In this document: positions 51,380-64,000 of the stretch, one piece after another
Layout of the letters: every line of letters begins with the position of its first letter
How positions within the stretch are numbered: position 1 is the stretch's first letter
DNA from: the human T2T-CHM13v2.0 reference genome, Homo sapiens
Direction: 5' to 3'
Assembly: GCA_009914755.4 (NCBI GenBank)
Contig: CP068257.2
Span: 43,264,001-43,328,000 of the forward strand
Length of the DNA: 64,000 bases
Translations under genes and position numbers: made by a program
The notes under the pieces: model-generated
The model's input: the letters and a program-made list of their open reading frames with translations, nothing else
Database searches by the model: none
Told to the model about the DNA's origin: nothing

Positions 51380-51560
51380 GTGGAAACGTCCTCCGGCCCT
51401 GCAGCCTGGGCTCCTCAGCACAGTAGCGTCACCTTGGTGCTCTGCGTCTCAGTGTCCCTGGGTAGTGCCACCCCCCAGGCGCTCTTGGCTGTGACTGCTC
51501 TTCCCTGCGGTGCTGCTGGTACTTTCCTCGCCACAAACCTCGGCGGGGGGTGTCTGCCGA
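51380..51560 (+). repeat. Copy 2 of the diverged 175-bp duplicate.
   Basis: See 50470-50650. Confidence 0.75.
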
Positions 51561-51714
51561 TGCGGACCCTGGATGGCGGTGCCTGGTTTGTTCCAGTTTT
51601 GTTCCAGGACACTGTCTTTGACCAGGACAATTTGTTACCAATTTTTAAAAAGGTCTTTGGGTTTTTCTTTAAAATGGACACCTAATGACAAACATGTAGT
51701 ATAAAGAAGGAAGA

Positions 51715-52007
51715 GGCCGGGGACGGTGGCTCACACCTGCAGTCCCAGCACTTTGGGAGGCAGAGGCAGGTGGATCACTTGAGGTCAGGAGTTTGAGACC
51801 AGGCTGGCCAACATCATGAAAGACCCCGTCTCTACTAAAAATACAAAAATTAGCTGGGTGTGGTGGTGTGTGCCTGTAATTCCAGCTGCTCCGGAGGCTG
51901 AGGCAGGAGAATGGCTTGGACCCAGAAGGCAGAGATTGCAAGATCGTGCCACTGCGCTCCAGCCTGGGCGACAGAGTGGGACTTTGTCTCAAAAAAAAAA
52001 AAAAAAG
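51715..52007 (+). mobile_element. Alu in sense orientation with polyA.
   Basis: ggccggggacggtggctcacacctgcagtcccagcactttgggaggcagaggcagg... Confidence 0.9.
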
Positions 52008-52304
52008 AAGTAAGAAAGCTTGGAAAACAGAGAGAGACAGGGGCCCTCCCGCTTCCCCACTCCTAGTCCCCTGTGCTCCTGCCGCTTCTCCCCGCTGCCG
52101 CGGTGCTGGGCACGTGCACCACCCCCTCACATGCTCGCCCACCAGCGCTCCGAGGGAAAGCTGTGCTTTCTCCAGCTTATTCCTGCAGCACTGCCTCTAC
52201 GTGAAGTTGTGCAAAGTGGCACATGATAGATACCATGAAAAACTCAATGCCAACTACCGTTAAGTGACAGCCTCCCCACTGCAGACTTGGTCTGTCTGCT
52301 CCTT

Positions 52305-52468
52305 TCTTTTTTTTTGTGAGTCAGTGTCTTGCTCTGTCACCCAGGCTGGAGTGCAGTGGTACAATCTGGCCTCACTGCAGCTTCGACCTCCTGGGCTCAC
52401 GCAATCTTCCCTCCCACTTTGGCCTCCTGAGCAGCTGGGACCACAGGCACGTGCTGCTGCTCCCGGCC
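52305..52468 (-). mobile_element. Truncated old Alu or free Alu monomer fragment, antisense.
   Basis: tttttttttgtgagtcagtgtcttgctctgtcacccaggctggagtgcagtggtacaatctggcctcactgcagcttcgacctcctgggctcacgcaatc... Confidence 0.75.
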
Positions 52469-52859
52469 CCCTCTTTTCTTTACAAGTGTGTGTCTGCCCC
52501 TGCTGCTTCCCTGGGCTGCGTTCTAAGGCAGCCTTACATCACGGCTGCTGAAGTTTTGTTGTCCGATGCACCCAGCTCTATAGGGAGTGTGGGCCATCCT
52601 TGAAAACGGAATAAAGACATTTGTAGATCAAACCACAGCAGTGGAGTTGCTGATCCAGTCTGATGAACGTCTGATACTTCACAGGCGTTACCAGGTTGCC
52701 TACTGCAGACACCGCCGGGAGCAGCACCCAAGTCGGCCTCCGCCTGCGGCCTGTACCTTTGGAGGATATGGACGAGGTGTCTGCTGATGCGGACGCCAGC
52801 CTGCGGTGCCTGCTTTGTAAAATGCGCGGCTTTTCATCAGCAAGGCTACATTCAGCCTT

Positions 52860-53260
52860 CATCGCTGTGAGCTGCCTATATGTGCCTTTTCCTGTTTTTC
52901 TTTTCGGCTGTTGATTGGTTTGAAAAAGCTATGTAGGAAGGAAGCAATCTCTTGTTAACTGCAGCTGTCTCCCCCTCGTTGGTAGTTCTTTTGAATTTGT
53001 TCATGTTATTTTTTTCTCTGCGGAGGTTTAAAGTTTCTCTGTAGCAAATTCGGTGTTTTCTGTGTCTTTTGTGGCCCCTTTGTGTCCTCTGCAGTGGTTT
53101 TGTAGTAGTGCCTTTTTAATGTATTTAATCCATCAGGACTTTATTTTTGTGTATAGAGTGAGACGGATGATTCCCACTTCATTTTTCCCCAAACGGCCTG
53201 TCCCACGATGCATTTCAGCTTGCATTCACCCAGAAGGCGTGGCGAGAAGAACCTCGGCAC
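52860..53260 (-). mobile_element. Possible ancient antisense LINE (L1M-like) remnant.
   Basis: The sequence is T-rich and resembles antisense L1 ORF2 (tttctctgcggaggtttaaagtttctctgtagcaaattcggtgttttctgtgtcttttgtggccc...). The match is weak. Confidence 0.3.
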
Positions 53261-56200
53261 CACGAGATGCTGCTGGCATGTGCCGCTTCAGCTGGTGACC
53301 TGGGTGGTGTTGGCAGCATCTGAGTGGCTCTGTAGGCCGCAGCATCTCCCGGCACCCGAGCCCGAGATGAAGCAGCACGTGCCAGCAGCATCGCGTCGTG
53401 TGTTCTGTCCTGAGCCTCATGCAGATCTTTGTGGAGTGAGAATCAAGGCTTGTTGATGGCGTGCACGGAAAAGCCGGTCTCATGCTGATTTTCCTTAGGG
53501 TCCATCAGAACACGTGCCCCGTGAACCGTGTCACCCCACGGCCCAACTCTGGTGAGCCTGGTTCTGTGTCTGCTGACCTGGTGAGGGCTGGGGACCAGGT
53601 GAGTTGCCTGCGGCACAGGCGTGCTGTGTAGCTGCCATGTGTGGCTTCCTCCACTGAGGCTGGTTTACCGCGTCTGTTCCCGGGGCCCCTTTGTTAGAGC
53701 GCAAGAGCCCAGGCAGCACCGTGGCAGCTGGGAAGGCTGTGGTTCTGGCGGGGCGGTTGCCTTGCCCAGTGTACCTGGAATTGCAGCTCCAGAGCACGGG
53801 CCCTGGCTCCTGCGCGGCAGCGTCTCACCTTCCCTTTTCTTGTCAGGGTTTTTAGGCAGCCTGTACCTGCGTGCACCCATCCCTCTCTCTGTGCGGGGCC
53901 ATTCAGCTCATGCTGCAGGTTTTTGCCGGGCCGGCCGGCGTTCCAGGGACCAGAGCCACCCCCAGAGCTCTGTGATGAGTCAGCTCAGGGCAGGTTTCTA
54001 GTCACTCCCCAAGGGCAGGGCTGAGGCGGGGTCTTCCAGAGTCAAGGGTTAGAGGGGCTGTTCCTTGAACGGCCCTTGAGTCCTCCTCAGAGTGCCTCCC
54101 ACTGGGCCAGAGGGGCTGTCCCACACGGTCAGTCCCCACACGCTGCTCGTGAGCCCGGTGCCTCTATGCAGATCGCTCCGTGGCAGCTGCATCCTGGGCT
54201 CCTGAAGACTCAGGCAAGGGCACGGCTTCTCCTCATCCTCCTCCTCTTCATCTCCACCATCCATCTGCCCTGTGCCTTGCAGTCCAGCTCAGATACAGGC
54301 GCTGTGGCAGCCAGGAGCACCCTGGATACCACCGGGTCCCAGGACCCAGATCGCAGGAGCCACCTCATGCCCTGCGGCCTTGTCTTTCACCCTTTGGGCT
54401 TGTTCACTGCCAGTAGCAACAGGTGGCCCCAGAGGGTTCCACCGAGTGTGAGGGGGAGTGGATGGCACCTGCAGCATGTTCCCCCACAGGGAGGCCTGGG
54501 CTCTGTCTTGGGGGGGTCCTGTCTCGGTTTTGTGGGGAATGAGGGTATGAGCACCTCGTCTAGCCTTGCCTCAGCCACTGGCTGGGGTTCTGTGAGGTTC
54601 AGTTTAATGGGGACTTGCCCGTCTCCTGACACCTTTGAGCTGTGGACTGAGCGGGCCAGAAGGAGTGGCAGTGTGTGAGCCGCCCGTGCAGCAGGTGGCC
54701 TAGGATGTGAAGCAGACAGGGCACAGAGGAAGAAGCCTGTCTGCCTAGAGCGGGAAGCCGAGGTCGCAGCCGCCTCTGCCCTTCTGAGTGTGCACCCTTC
54801 TGTAGCCTCAGCTCGGCTGGCCGGCGATTGTATGAAGTCGTTTTTACTGTCAGCTCTGGCTTGGTATTCCTGGTGCCCACTCGGACTTCAGGCCCTGTGT
54901 GAGGAGCTCGGGCTCGGCGGATGACCTGCCTCAGGTGTGGCCCCTGCTGCCGTCACTTTGTCACTAATCAGACGTGTTTGGTGACCTTCCCCTCCCCATA
55001 GCCACTGGGGCTGTAGTGCTGGTGCTGCTGGGATCTGGGTTTGGGGCGAGGCCCAGGACAGTAGCAGCTCCCGACACCCTTGCTTGAGGCCCAGCATCTG
55101 CACTCCCAGCCCGGCCCTCCTCCAAGCTGGCATTTCTGCTGCACCCACGGGACGCTCCTGTGCTTCCGCAGCACCGGCGAGAGCTGTGGTGTGCTGGCCT
55201 TGTCGTAGGTAAGTTTAGAAACCGGAGCAGCTCGAGCGGACTTCACACTGTCCCCACCACAGGGTGGGGTGCGCCCACCTGCCCTGTCCATGTGGCCTTG
55301 GGCCTGCGGGGGAGACGGAATCAGGACCCACAGGGCGAGCCCCCTCCGTAGCCCGCGGCACCAACTGGATCTCAGTGAACACCCGTCAGCCCATCCAGAG
55401 GCTAGAAGGGGGAGCAGGCGTGAACCTGTGCCGGAGCACTTCAGCAAGGGCGCCTTGGGCCCGGAAAGCGGCGGGAGCTGGGGGTCGTGGGGCCGCCGCC
55501 AGCAGTTCCAGGCGGCCTCTGCTCCAGCTGCAGCATTCCAAGCCCTCTCCTCCTGCAGGAGCAGCGTGTTTGGTTCCTGTTGTCCTGGTGCCATGGCAAT
55601 GGGGCTGGGGAGCTCCCTGGGGCCAGAGCCGGGAAGGGTCACTGTGCTGTGTTCCTGACCTGGCCTGCGCCCAGGCCTCGTTTTCTTCATTCCAACACAA
55701 CACAGGTCACTGTTCGGGTCAGTTTCCACTGGTCTTAGATTCATTTTTCTTTTGAAACAATTTCAAAACTACAGAAAAACTGCAAAATCAGCCCCTCCCC
55801 TTTGTGGTCGGGAGGGAGAGGTTGGGATGCTATGGAGGAAAGTAGGTCAACCCAGGCACACCAGGAAGCTGTGGGAGGGGATTAAATCCTGCGGGAGCCC
55901 TGGGCCTTGGAGGTTTCACACCGGCTCCTGAAGTGAAGTCTGAAATGCAGAGCGCAGCGACTGCCTTTCTCCAGGCAGGGCTTGCTTCTGCTTTGTTTTT
56001 CATTAGACATGGTGGATTTGTTGGACAAGCCAGGAAGGTCTGCATGAATTAAAAGAGATACTGGGAGATGTGTTCTGGGGAGAATGCAGCCGAGGCTGAA
56101 CCGTCTCGGGAAATCAGTTAAGGCCGAGGAAATGGGGGTGCCCTTGAGTCCACTCTGTTTCAGAGCAAACTGGAGTCAGAGACGCAGCACCCAGTGCCCT

Positions 56201-56883
56201 CTCCACCTGTCCCCACCTGCACGGCCCTGCAGGCTCATCCCACCCCTGCCCCTGTCCCCCCAGCAAATGAGCCTCCTTTCCCCGCCCACCGGGCAGGTGG
56301 CTGGGCTCCGCGTGGACCAAGCACAGGGGCACCTGTGGAGTTCACTTTTGGAGGCTCCCTGAGAGGGCCGCTTTGTGGGGTCCAGGGATGAAGCCTCTGG
56401 TCACCGAGCACATTGTCGGGCCTGGCAGGGGGCAGGGAGCACGTACGTCGCTGGGCCTGACGTGACCACACAGGATCTTGGGGATGTCCCCCTAAGGGCC
56501 TCTGTCCTGTTCGTGGCCCCCTTCATGAGCCGTCGGGCATTCCTGCATGGCTTCACTGCAATGACTGCCCTGACAGTCATTCGGGGCATGAGTGGGGAGG
56601 AGGCCTCCTTGTTGGGACACCTGCTTTCCGGGGCAGGCTGGGGTGAGTGGCCAGGCCATCACTGCGGGGGGACGCTGCTGAGAGAGCCTCCTGAGGCCGG
56701 GCCGAGGCATGCTGCAGGTGCCCCTGGTGCTGTCCAGAGCCGGGAGTCTGAGAGGCTGGCACAGGCCAGACCAGTTGCAGTGACTGTGGCAGCTCTGCAG
56801 TCAGGACCCGCCCCAGCCCATTCTCAGGTCATGGGAGTGCCACCTGGACACGTTTTGCTCACTCCCGTGTTCTCTTTCCTCAG

Positions 56884-56952
56884 GTGCAGAGGCCAAGACC
56901 GTTTTGCCCAAGAAGGAGAAAATGAAGCTGAGGCGTGAGCAATGGTTGCAGA
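56884..56952 (+). CDS. SLX9: SLX9 coding exon 3: (G)AEAKTVLPKKEKMKLRREQWLQ
   Basis: Acceptor tcctcag|GTGCAG and donor CAGA|gtaagt. The phase is consistent with exon 2 (G|GT) and exon 4 (A|AA). Confidence 0.8.
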
Positions 56953-58085
56953 GTAAGTCCATGCCTGCGTCTTGAGGCAGCTGCCGGCCCAAGTCCCATC
57001 CCGTGGGCCCTCCTATTCCTACAGCCTCACATCTGGCCTTCTACATCAGCCACACTCCCCGAGGAGTGCCCAAGGGGATCACCCAAGACACTTCAGAGGC
57101 TGCTGTGGGGGCCGAAGGACAGTGGAGGCACAGAGAGGTTGGCCATGAAGACTTGGCAGCATGGCCAAGCTGGTCTGGCCTGTTGTGGATGGCACTGCCA
57201 CCCCGTCCGTGTGGGCACCTGCAGAGCTGGGCTGCCTCCCTTTGGAGGACGGCCTTGGGAAGCTGCTGCTCTCGGCTCCTTGTTTGTAAAAATTACCTAT
57301 TTTTGTTCCCCACCGTGAAATTTTTTATTGTGGAAGTAACCTGTGCTCGTGGAGTTTTTATGGTTCAGAAGTGCCTGCAGTGGTATGTGAAATCCTTCCA
57401 GGCCTTGCCCGCGGTGAAAACAGTGTCTGCGCATAGCGGCGTGGGTGTGGGCAGGGCCCCTGGTGTCCCCAGACCCTTTCAGGCCTGTGGCTCCCTCTTT
57501 TCTGAGGTCAGCCTTGCCACGTGCTCCCAGCTGCACGTCTCCGCAGGCTGAAAGCCACACTTCCCACTCAGGTTGTTTTGGAGTATCTCCTTATTTTTCG
57601 TGATGCTGGATATTTGCCAGTGTTTTTCTAAGATTGTTTCTCGTCAAAATTATTTTGTATTTTTCGGTTATCTTTTTAGTGTGATTCTGCTGACTTTGTG
57701 AAATTAATTTGGAATATTTTCTTTTTTATGTTATCTGCTTTATTTTTTCCTTGGAGGTTTTAAAGAAAATGTATGTTTTTCAGAGGTAGGACCTAGAAAA
57801 CTTTGTCAGTTTCTTTTGTGATTATTAGTTTTATGGTTTCTATCCCTTTTTGGATATTTCTTAGGGAAATGATTCATTCCTCCATTTTCTTTTTCACAGT
57901 TCCTAGCATAGCTGTGAAAGTGGATTTGGACGGGCTACTGGACTGTGGCCATTTGGACCCTGATTTTCTAGGCTGTAATTCTTTGATGATGTGTAAATTT
58001 TATTCCATGGCACTTGGTCCTTTTTTTTTGTTTTTTCACAACTTGAGTCAATTTTGGCCACTCATAAAATGATCGAATTTGTCTG

Positions 58086-58373
58086 AGGATGGTGTCTCAT
58101 GCCTGTAATCCCAGCACTTTGGAAGGTTGAGATGGAAGGATCACCTACGCCCAGGAGTTTCAGACTAGCCTGGGCAATATAGCGAGACCTTGTCTCTACA
58201 AAAAATGTAAAAATTAGTCAGATTAGGTGGTGTGTGCCTCTGAGCCTCTAGTCCTAGCGACTTAGGAGGCTGAGGTAGGAAGATCGCTTCAACCCAGGAG
58301 TTTGAGGCTGCAGTGAACCGTAATTGCACTAGTGCACTCCAGCCTGGGTGACAGAGTGGGTCCTTGTCTCTAA
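58086..58373 (+). mobile_element. Alu in sense orientation (diverged, AluJ-like), nested in the L1.
   Basis: gaggatggtgtctcatgcctgtaatcccagcactttggaaggttgagatggaaggatcacc... Confidence 0.85.
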
Positions 58374-59855
58374 ATAATGTTAATGATCAAATTTAGTCAG
58401 ATCTCAATCTTCATATGTTAGTTGCCTTCTTATTAAATATTCTGTTTTCTTTATCGTTCTTTATTTGTATCTCCACCTTCATTTCTGATTAAATTAAGAA
58501 GTTTTGTCTCTTCCATTTAATAATTAATGTATTTAATAACCAATTCTACTCTTTTGTCTTCAAAATTATTTGTTTTTATTTTGATCACTCCCGTTTTAGC
58601 TTTCTTTGGGTTTCAGTTACTCTGCTTATCTGTTTGTATATGTTTTGTTCAGGAGTGAAAGGCTGTAAGTTATCTCTAAATACAGCTTTAGCTACATTTC
58701 CCAAGTTACTTTTACTTTGTATTTTATTATGAAAAATTTTATTTAGGAAAGTGGGAAGAATTTTATAGGGAATACCCTGTACCCACCACACAGATTTTAC
58801 AATCTTTATTACATAACCGTTCATCTAGCAGTTTCTGTCCATCTACCAACATGGGTTTTTAAAAATGCGTTTCAAAGTAAATGGCAGACATCAGTACACT
58901 CCACCCCAAATAATTCTGCTAGAGTTCATGGTTCTTTTTTTTTCTTTTTCTTTTGAAGATTGTATTTACATAAAATGAAATGCAAATCTAAAGTGTGCCA
59001 TTCAATGATTGCTGACAAATGTTGTAGACACCTGTGCAGCTGAAATCCTGTTCAGGTTATGGACCATCACCACCATTCCCCGACAGTCACGCACCCCCCC
59101 AGTCAATTACCTCTCCCACTGGCCCCAGAGGTAACAACTGCTGTGTCACCCTTTGTCGTCCACAGTTGAGCTTTTCTTGCCTTAGACTCTGTATAAATGG
59201 AATCATGTAGGATGCACTCTTTCTGCATCTGGCTGCTTTTGCTCAGCGTAATGGTTTTGAAACCCATCCAGGCTGCATGTAGCAGCAGTCCATGCCTTTT
59301 GATTGCTGAGAAGTATTTCATTGTATGAATACACCATTTGTTACTCACTTTCCTGCTGATGGGCACCTGGGCTTTTTTCCATTTTTAGCTACTGTGAATA
59401 AGGCTGCTCTGAACATTCTTTACAAGTCTTTTTGTGGACATGTTTTCGTTTCTCTTGGGTAAGTGCTGAGGAATGGAATGCTGGGTCATAGGGTAGGTGT
59501 ATGTTTAGTTTTATAAGCAGCTGCCAGACGCTTTTCTAGAGTGGTTGTACACTCACACTCCCACCAGAGCCTGTGAGAGTTCTCCTGGCCCTCAGCTTTG
59601 CCAACACATGGCCTGCCGTCTCCTCAGCCTCGGCCGTCTGGTAATCATGAAATGGTATCTCACGGTGGTACTCATTTCCGTTGCCACCAAAAGAGCATTT
59701 ACATGTGCTTACTGTCCATTTGTGTTTCAGCGTCAGTGAAATTCATTTTTCATGAGGCTTTTTGTCTTTTTATTATTGAGCTCTAAGAGTTCTTTGTCCT
59801 AGAGTCCAGTCTTTGGTTGGATATGTGTTTTACAGATGTTTTTCCCAGACTGTGA

Positions 59856-60157
<302 letters not shown>

Positions 60158-63100
60158 ACTTTTTTTTTTTTTTTTAAATAAACGAGAGTTTAATTTTGAG
60201 AAGTTTAATTTATATTAGTTATTGTGTGTGTGTATATGTATGTGTGTGTGTCCTATTTAAGAAAACTTTGCCTAATCCCAAGTCATGAAGATATTATTCC
60301 TGTTTTCTTCTAAAAACTTTATAGTTTGAGCTTTCATATTGGTTTTTTTTTTCTATCTTGAATTGTTTGTCTATGTGGTGTTAGTGGTTAAGTTCCTTTT
60401 TTCCCCCTAATATGGATATTCAGCTGTTCCAGCACCATTTGTTATAAGTACTTTTCTTTCCTTATTGGATTGTTTTGTTGCCTTTGTGAAAAATCAGAAA
60501 GTCTCATAAGTGTGGATCTGTTTCTAGGCTGTCTTCTGTTCCATTGATCTATTTGTTGTACCTTAGCAAAAACCAGACTGTCTTGATTACCATAGCTTTA
60601 GGATTAATCTGGAAGTCAGATAACATAAGTCCTTTTTGTTGGTTCGTCTGTCTTGAGGTTGTTTTGGATATTCTAAGTCCTTGGCATTTCCATATAAATT
60701 ATCATTAGCTTGTCTATTTCTTTAAAAACAACAACAAAAACCTAGTGGGGTTATGATTGGGATTTCATTGAATCTATAGATCAGTTCAGAATTACCATCT
60801 TAGCAAAGCAGATCTTCAAATTCATGAACATAGTATATCTCACCATTTAAATTTCATCATCAATGTTATTCAGTTTTAGTGTAGAGATCTTACATCTTAT
60901 AATAAGCTTATTGCTAAGTATTTTATAGTTTTTTATGCTGTCATAAATGCAGTTTTTTCTCAGCTCTCTGCTAGTATGTTAAAATACAATTGGTTTTTTA
61001 AAATACTAATCTTGTATCCTATGAATTTACTAATATCATGCATTAGGTCTGGTAGTCATTTTGTAGATTCCTTAGGATCTTTAGAAATGCATGTTTTCTG
61101 TATGTGTGGATTTTTTCCCTCAATTTGCTTTTTTTCCCCAATATGTGTTGAAATTTCCCCTGTGGATCTGCACGCGCCACCCCACCTTGCCTTTATGAGG
61201 ACAAGCTTGCAAAGTTTGTCCTTGCTGTTCCTCCCGTTGCAGGGCCCTCCCACTCCTGGAGGCCTCCCCCGGTCACTCTCCATCCCTTGCTTTGCTTTGT
61301 TTTGTCCACATACCTCCCCAGTGCCCAGGTAGCGCCTCTATGCTCCACCACACAGCCTGTGCCCCAGCCGTGCCGTGGACAGTGGCTCCCCATGCCCTGT
61401 GGGCGGGAGGGTGGGTAGTTGGAACCACACACATGTCCCACTTGACTTTCCCAACCCTCAGTTGTCCTCCAAGGCGGCTGGGCCAGTTCACACCCACCCA
61501 TCAGCTCCCTCCGTCCTCGAACACTCGATATTATGAAACATTTAAAAATTTGCCAGTCTATGAGGTGCAACATTTCCTTGATTTCTAATCCAGTCGAGTG
61601 GCTCCTGCTGTATTTTTTGGCCTTTGATTCCTCTTTGTTTTTAGTATTTAATTCATACATACTGATTTTTAGGAACAGTGTAAGAGGGACTCTGACTCTT
61701 TCCCCAGGAGGACCCCAGTTTATCTAACCTCACGTGTCATGCTCACACTTTGCCTGGTCTGCCCTGCGTCCACTGAGTGTTCATCAGCACTTTTGCCACG
61801 CTGTTAATTTCTGTTATTTTATAATTTGCTTTAATATCCGATAGCCCTACTTTCTTGTTGCTTGTTCTTTGTAAAAAATGTTTTTACTATTCTTATGCAT
61901 TTAGTTGTTTTTAAAACATAAAGTTTAGAATTAGCTGCACAGGTTTGACTAAAAATCCCGTTGAAATTTTAGCTGAGGCAGCATCCGATTTTTCCGGAGT
62001 AACTGACAGAGAAGAACTGCACTCTCCCGTTGGTTCTCCTGGCTGCTTGGAAGCTGGTGTTTGTGTGGGACCTCCCCTAGGTGCTGCAGATGAGAGCAGT
62101 GCTGAGTGTTCCCAGGCCGTGGGTCCCGCCCCGCCACTGCCTCGCTCCCTCCCTCCCCCTCAGAATTGAGTGGGCCGGGTGGGATTGTCGATATTGTGGT
62201 CATCTTTTCCTTGCTCGGATTTATCATTGAGTGTCTAATGTTTTGCCCTGAAATGTGATACTCACTGTGGGTTTCTAGCAGCTCATCTGTCAAGGAGCTT
62301 CCTTCCGTTTGTGGTTTCATTGTAATTTTTCTCATGCGTGGGCAGTGAATTGTGCAGAATCCTCTGCACACTGGTGGTGGTGACCATAGGCTTTCTTGCC
62401 TCTTGAGTGGCCACTGTGGAGGGTCACCCTGAGGCATTTCCCGGGAGAACCATCCTTGCATGCCTGGGGCTCACCCTGCTTGGGCACAAGGTATCCTTCT
62501 TTTGAAAGGCTTCTGGCTTTGGCTTGCTGAGGTGCGGGCCTTTGTGTCTGTCCTCACGGGAACCACATGCCTCTGCTTTGCTTTTCCTGGCCTGGGTCTG
62601 CAGCCTGTGAAGGAGCCATCTGGCCTGGCCCGCCCCTCCCTACCCCAGCTTCCAGGGTGCCCTGGCTCTCTTTTAATGAGGTGCCGAGTAACGTGTCTAC
62701 CACAGTCCAGGCAGGGTGGAGTAAGCGCTGGATTCTTACCTTATAAACCCCCGTGATTCCCAAGGCTGTGGAGAGCTGGTGTACACCTTCCAAGCTCTCA
62801 ACCTGCACTGGGGGCTGAGGACCCAGAGGAAGGGTGGTCTTTGTCCCAGGTTCTTGTCAGTGATTTGGAGCCAGGTAAACACACCCTGCTACAGGGACCC
62901 AGGGCAGGGTGGCATCCCCTGATTTCGGGTTGGTCAGGGTGGGCCCTTCACACCTTGTTCTGCGAGCCACCTGCCCTGGGGGCTGAGAGGGGCGCCGCTG
63001 TCCCAGACAGCGGGATTGGAGAGGAGCTGGCTGTTGTCACCTCTGGAAACCTGGGCATTCCCCCCAGGGGGCACAGGTCTGCCATGCCCGGGCCTGTGTC

Positions 63101-63818
63101 ACGAGCTGGCAGTGTTTGAGCTGCAGGCCTGTCCCGGTGGGTTGCCCTGAAGAGAGCAGGCCGTCCGCGCTCCACAGCCTCCAGGAGCCACGTGCAGTGA
63201 GCAGCATGTCCGAGCATGTGTTCTCTTAGCAGTTTTGAGATAAATACATTTTTAAATTAAATCAAATCCCAAGGCCATACCCCTTCTGTCCAGACCCTGC
63301 CCAAATCCCTTCTCTAGCGTGGAGGCCTCAGCCCTACCTGCCACCCCCCATGGCCCCAAGCCCTCAGGTCTGTCCTGGGGCTTCTCCCCTTCCCTCTGGG
63401 GAGCCCTCTCCCTCCTGGGAACAAAGCTGAGCCTCCCAGGCTGTGACTTGCCATCTTAAGTTGAGGGCCCCTTTTCCTCATTCCCCTCTGTCCCCTCTGC
63501 TCGGTGGCTGTGTGCACTCCCCTACGCGTGCTCCGGCCACAGTTGCCAGCGTCCCTTTGCAGGAGAAATCCTCAGTGGCTGCAGTTCCACCTCATTGTCA
63601 GCCCTGCGATTAAAAAGCGCAGCTCTGTCATTAAGGGGAAGAAAATAACTCAAGCCTGCCCGCCCTGCAGGTTCCCAGGGGCGGAATGGGGGTGACAGCG
63701 GGAAGGAGAGAGGCAGCAGGGCCGGGCACCCTGCCAGGTCTCTCGTGGGCCAGAGGCTCTGGGCCTGGGCTCCTCCTCTGCCTCTTGTTTGCCTCTAACG
63801 TCGTTTCTCCTTCCTTAG

Positions 63819-63966
63819 AAATCGAAGCCATAAAACTGGCTGAGCAGAAGCACAGGGAGGAGCGGAGGCGGAGGGCCACGGTGGTGGTGGGGGACCTGCA
63901 CCCTCTCAGGGATGCCCTGCCCGAGCTGCTGGGGCTCGAGGCTGGCAGCCGGCGCCAAGCCCGCAG
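63819..63966 (+). CDS. SLX9: SLX9 coding exon 4: KIEAIKLAEQKHREERRRRATVVVGDLHPLRDALPELLGLEAGSRRQAR(R). The gene continues beyond the window.
   Basis: Acceptor ccttag|AAATCG and donor CGCAG|gtgagt. Track ORF 63686..63970 carries the same peptide. Confidence 0.8.
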
Positions 63967-64000
63967 GTGAGTGTCCGGGAGGGGTGGCCCTTTCCGAGCT

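Overview
This window is human (primate) genomic DNA, not a prokaryotic island. Dense Alu SINEs, L1 fragments, MIR cores, CpG islands and GT-AG introns show that. I found no novel biological system. It can be placed at the ITGB2 - SLX9 (FAM207A/C21orf70) interval of chromosome 21q22.3.

Genes. The window holds the 5-prime half of ITGB2 (integrin beta-2, CD18) on the minus strand. That includes the non-coding exon 1 at ~17606-17690 and the myeloid ETS/PU.1-site promoter at ~17.7 kb. The ATG exon is at 7413-7470, and three further coding exons end with the exon at 53-223, which encodes the beta-I/MIDAS DLSYS motif. About 19 kb further on, SLX9/FAM207A starts on the plus strand from a CpG-island promoter, with its ATG at 36806. 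Its exons 1-4 lie at 36806-36934, 40434-40587, 56884-56952 and 63819-63966. All have clean GT-AG boundaries and the frame is continuous across them.

Repeats. The rest is intronic or intergenic, repeat-rich, subtelomere-like GC-rich DNA:
- at least 18 Alu elements, several as closely spaced inverted pairs
- antisense L1 fragments, one with nested Alus, and one sense L1 3-prime end
- three degenerate CA/TG-rich blocks
- a cluster of GC-rich minisatellites with 29-55 bp units
- a (GGAA)n microsatellite and a (GGGTC)n G4-type array
- an orphan CpG island at ~28.1-29.9 kb with no coding potential
- several local low-copy duplications

Most notable observations:
- A 45-bp tandem duplication spans the SLX9 exon-2 donor and creates two in-frame alternative 5-prime splice sites 45 nt apart, giving a 15-residue indel.
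- A 313-bp direct duplicate with about 1 mismatch lies 993 bp apart in SLX9 intron 2, inside a patchwork of other duplications between 47 and 52 kb.

The long ORFs in the six-frame track outside the listed exons are compositional artefacts from CA repeats, CpG islands and minisatellites.
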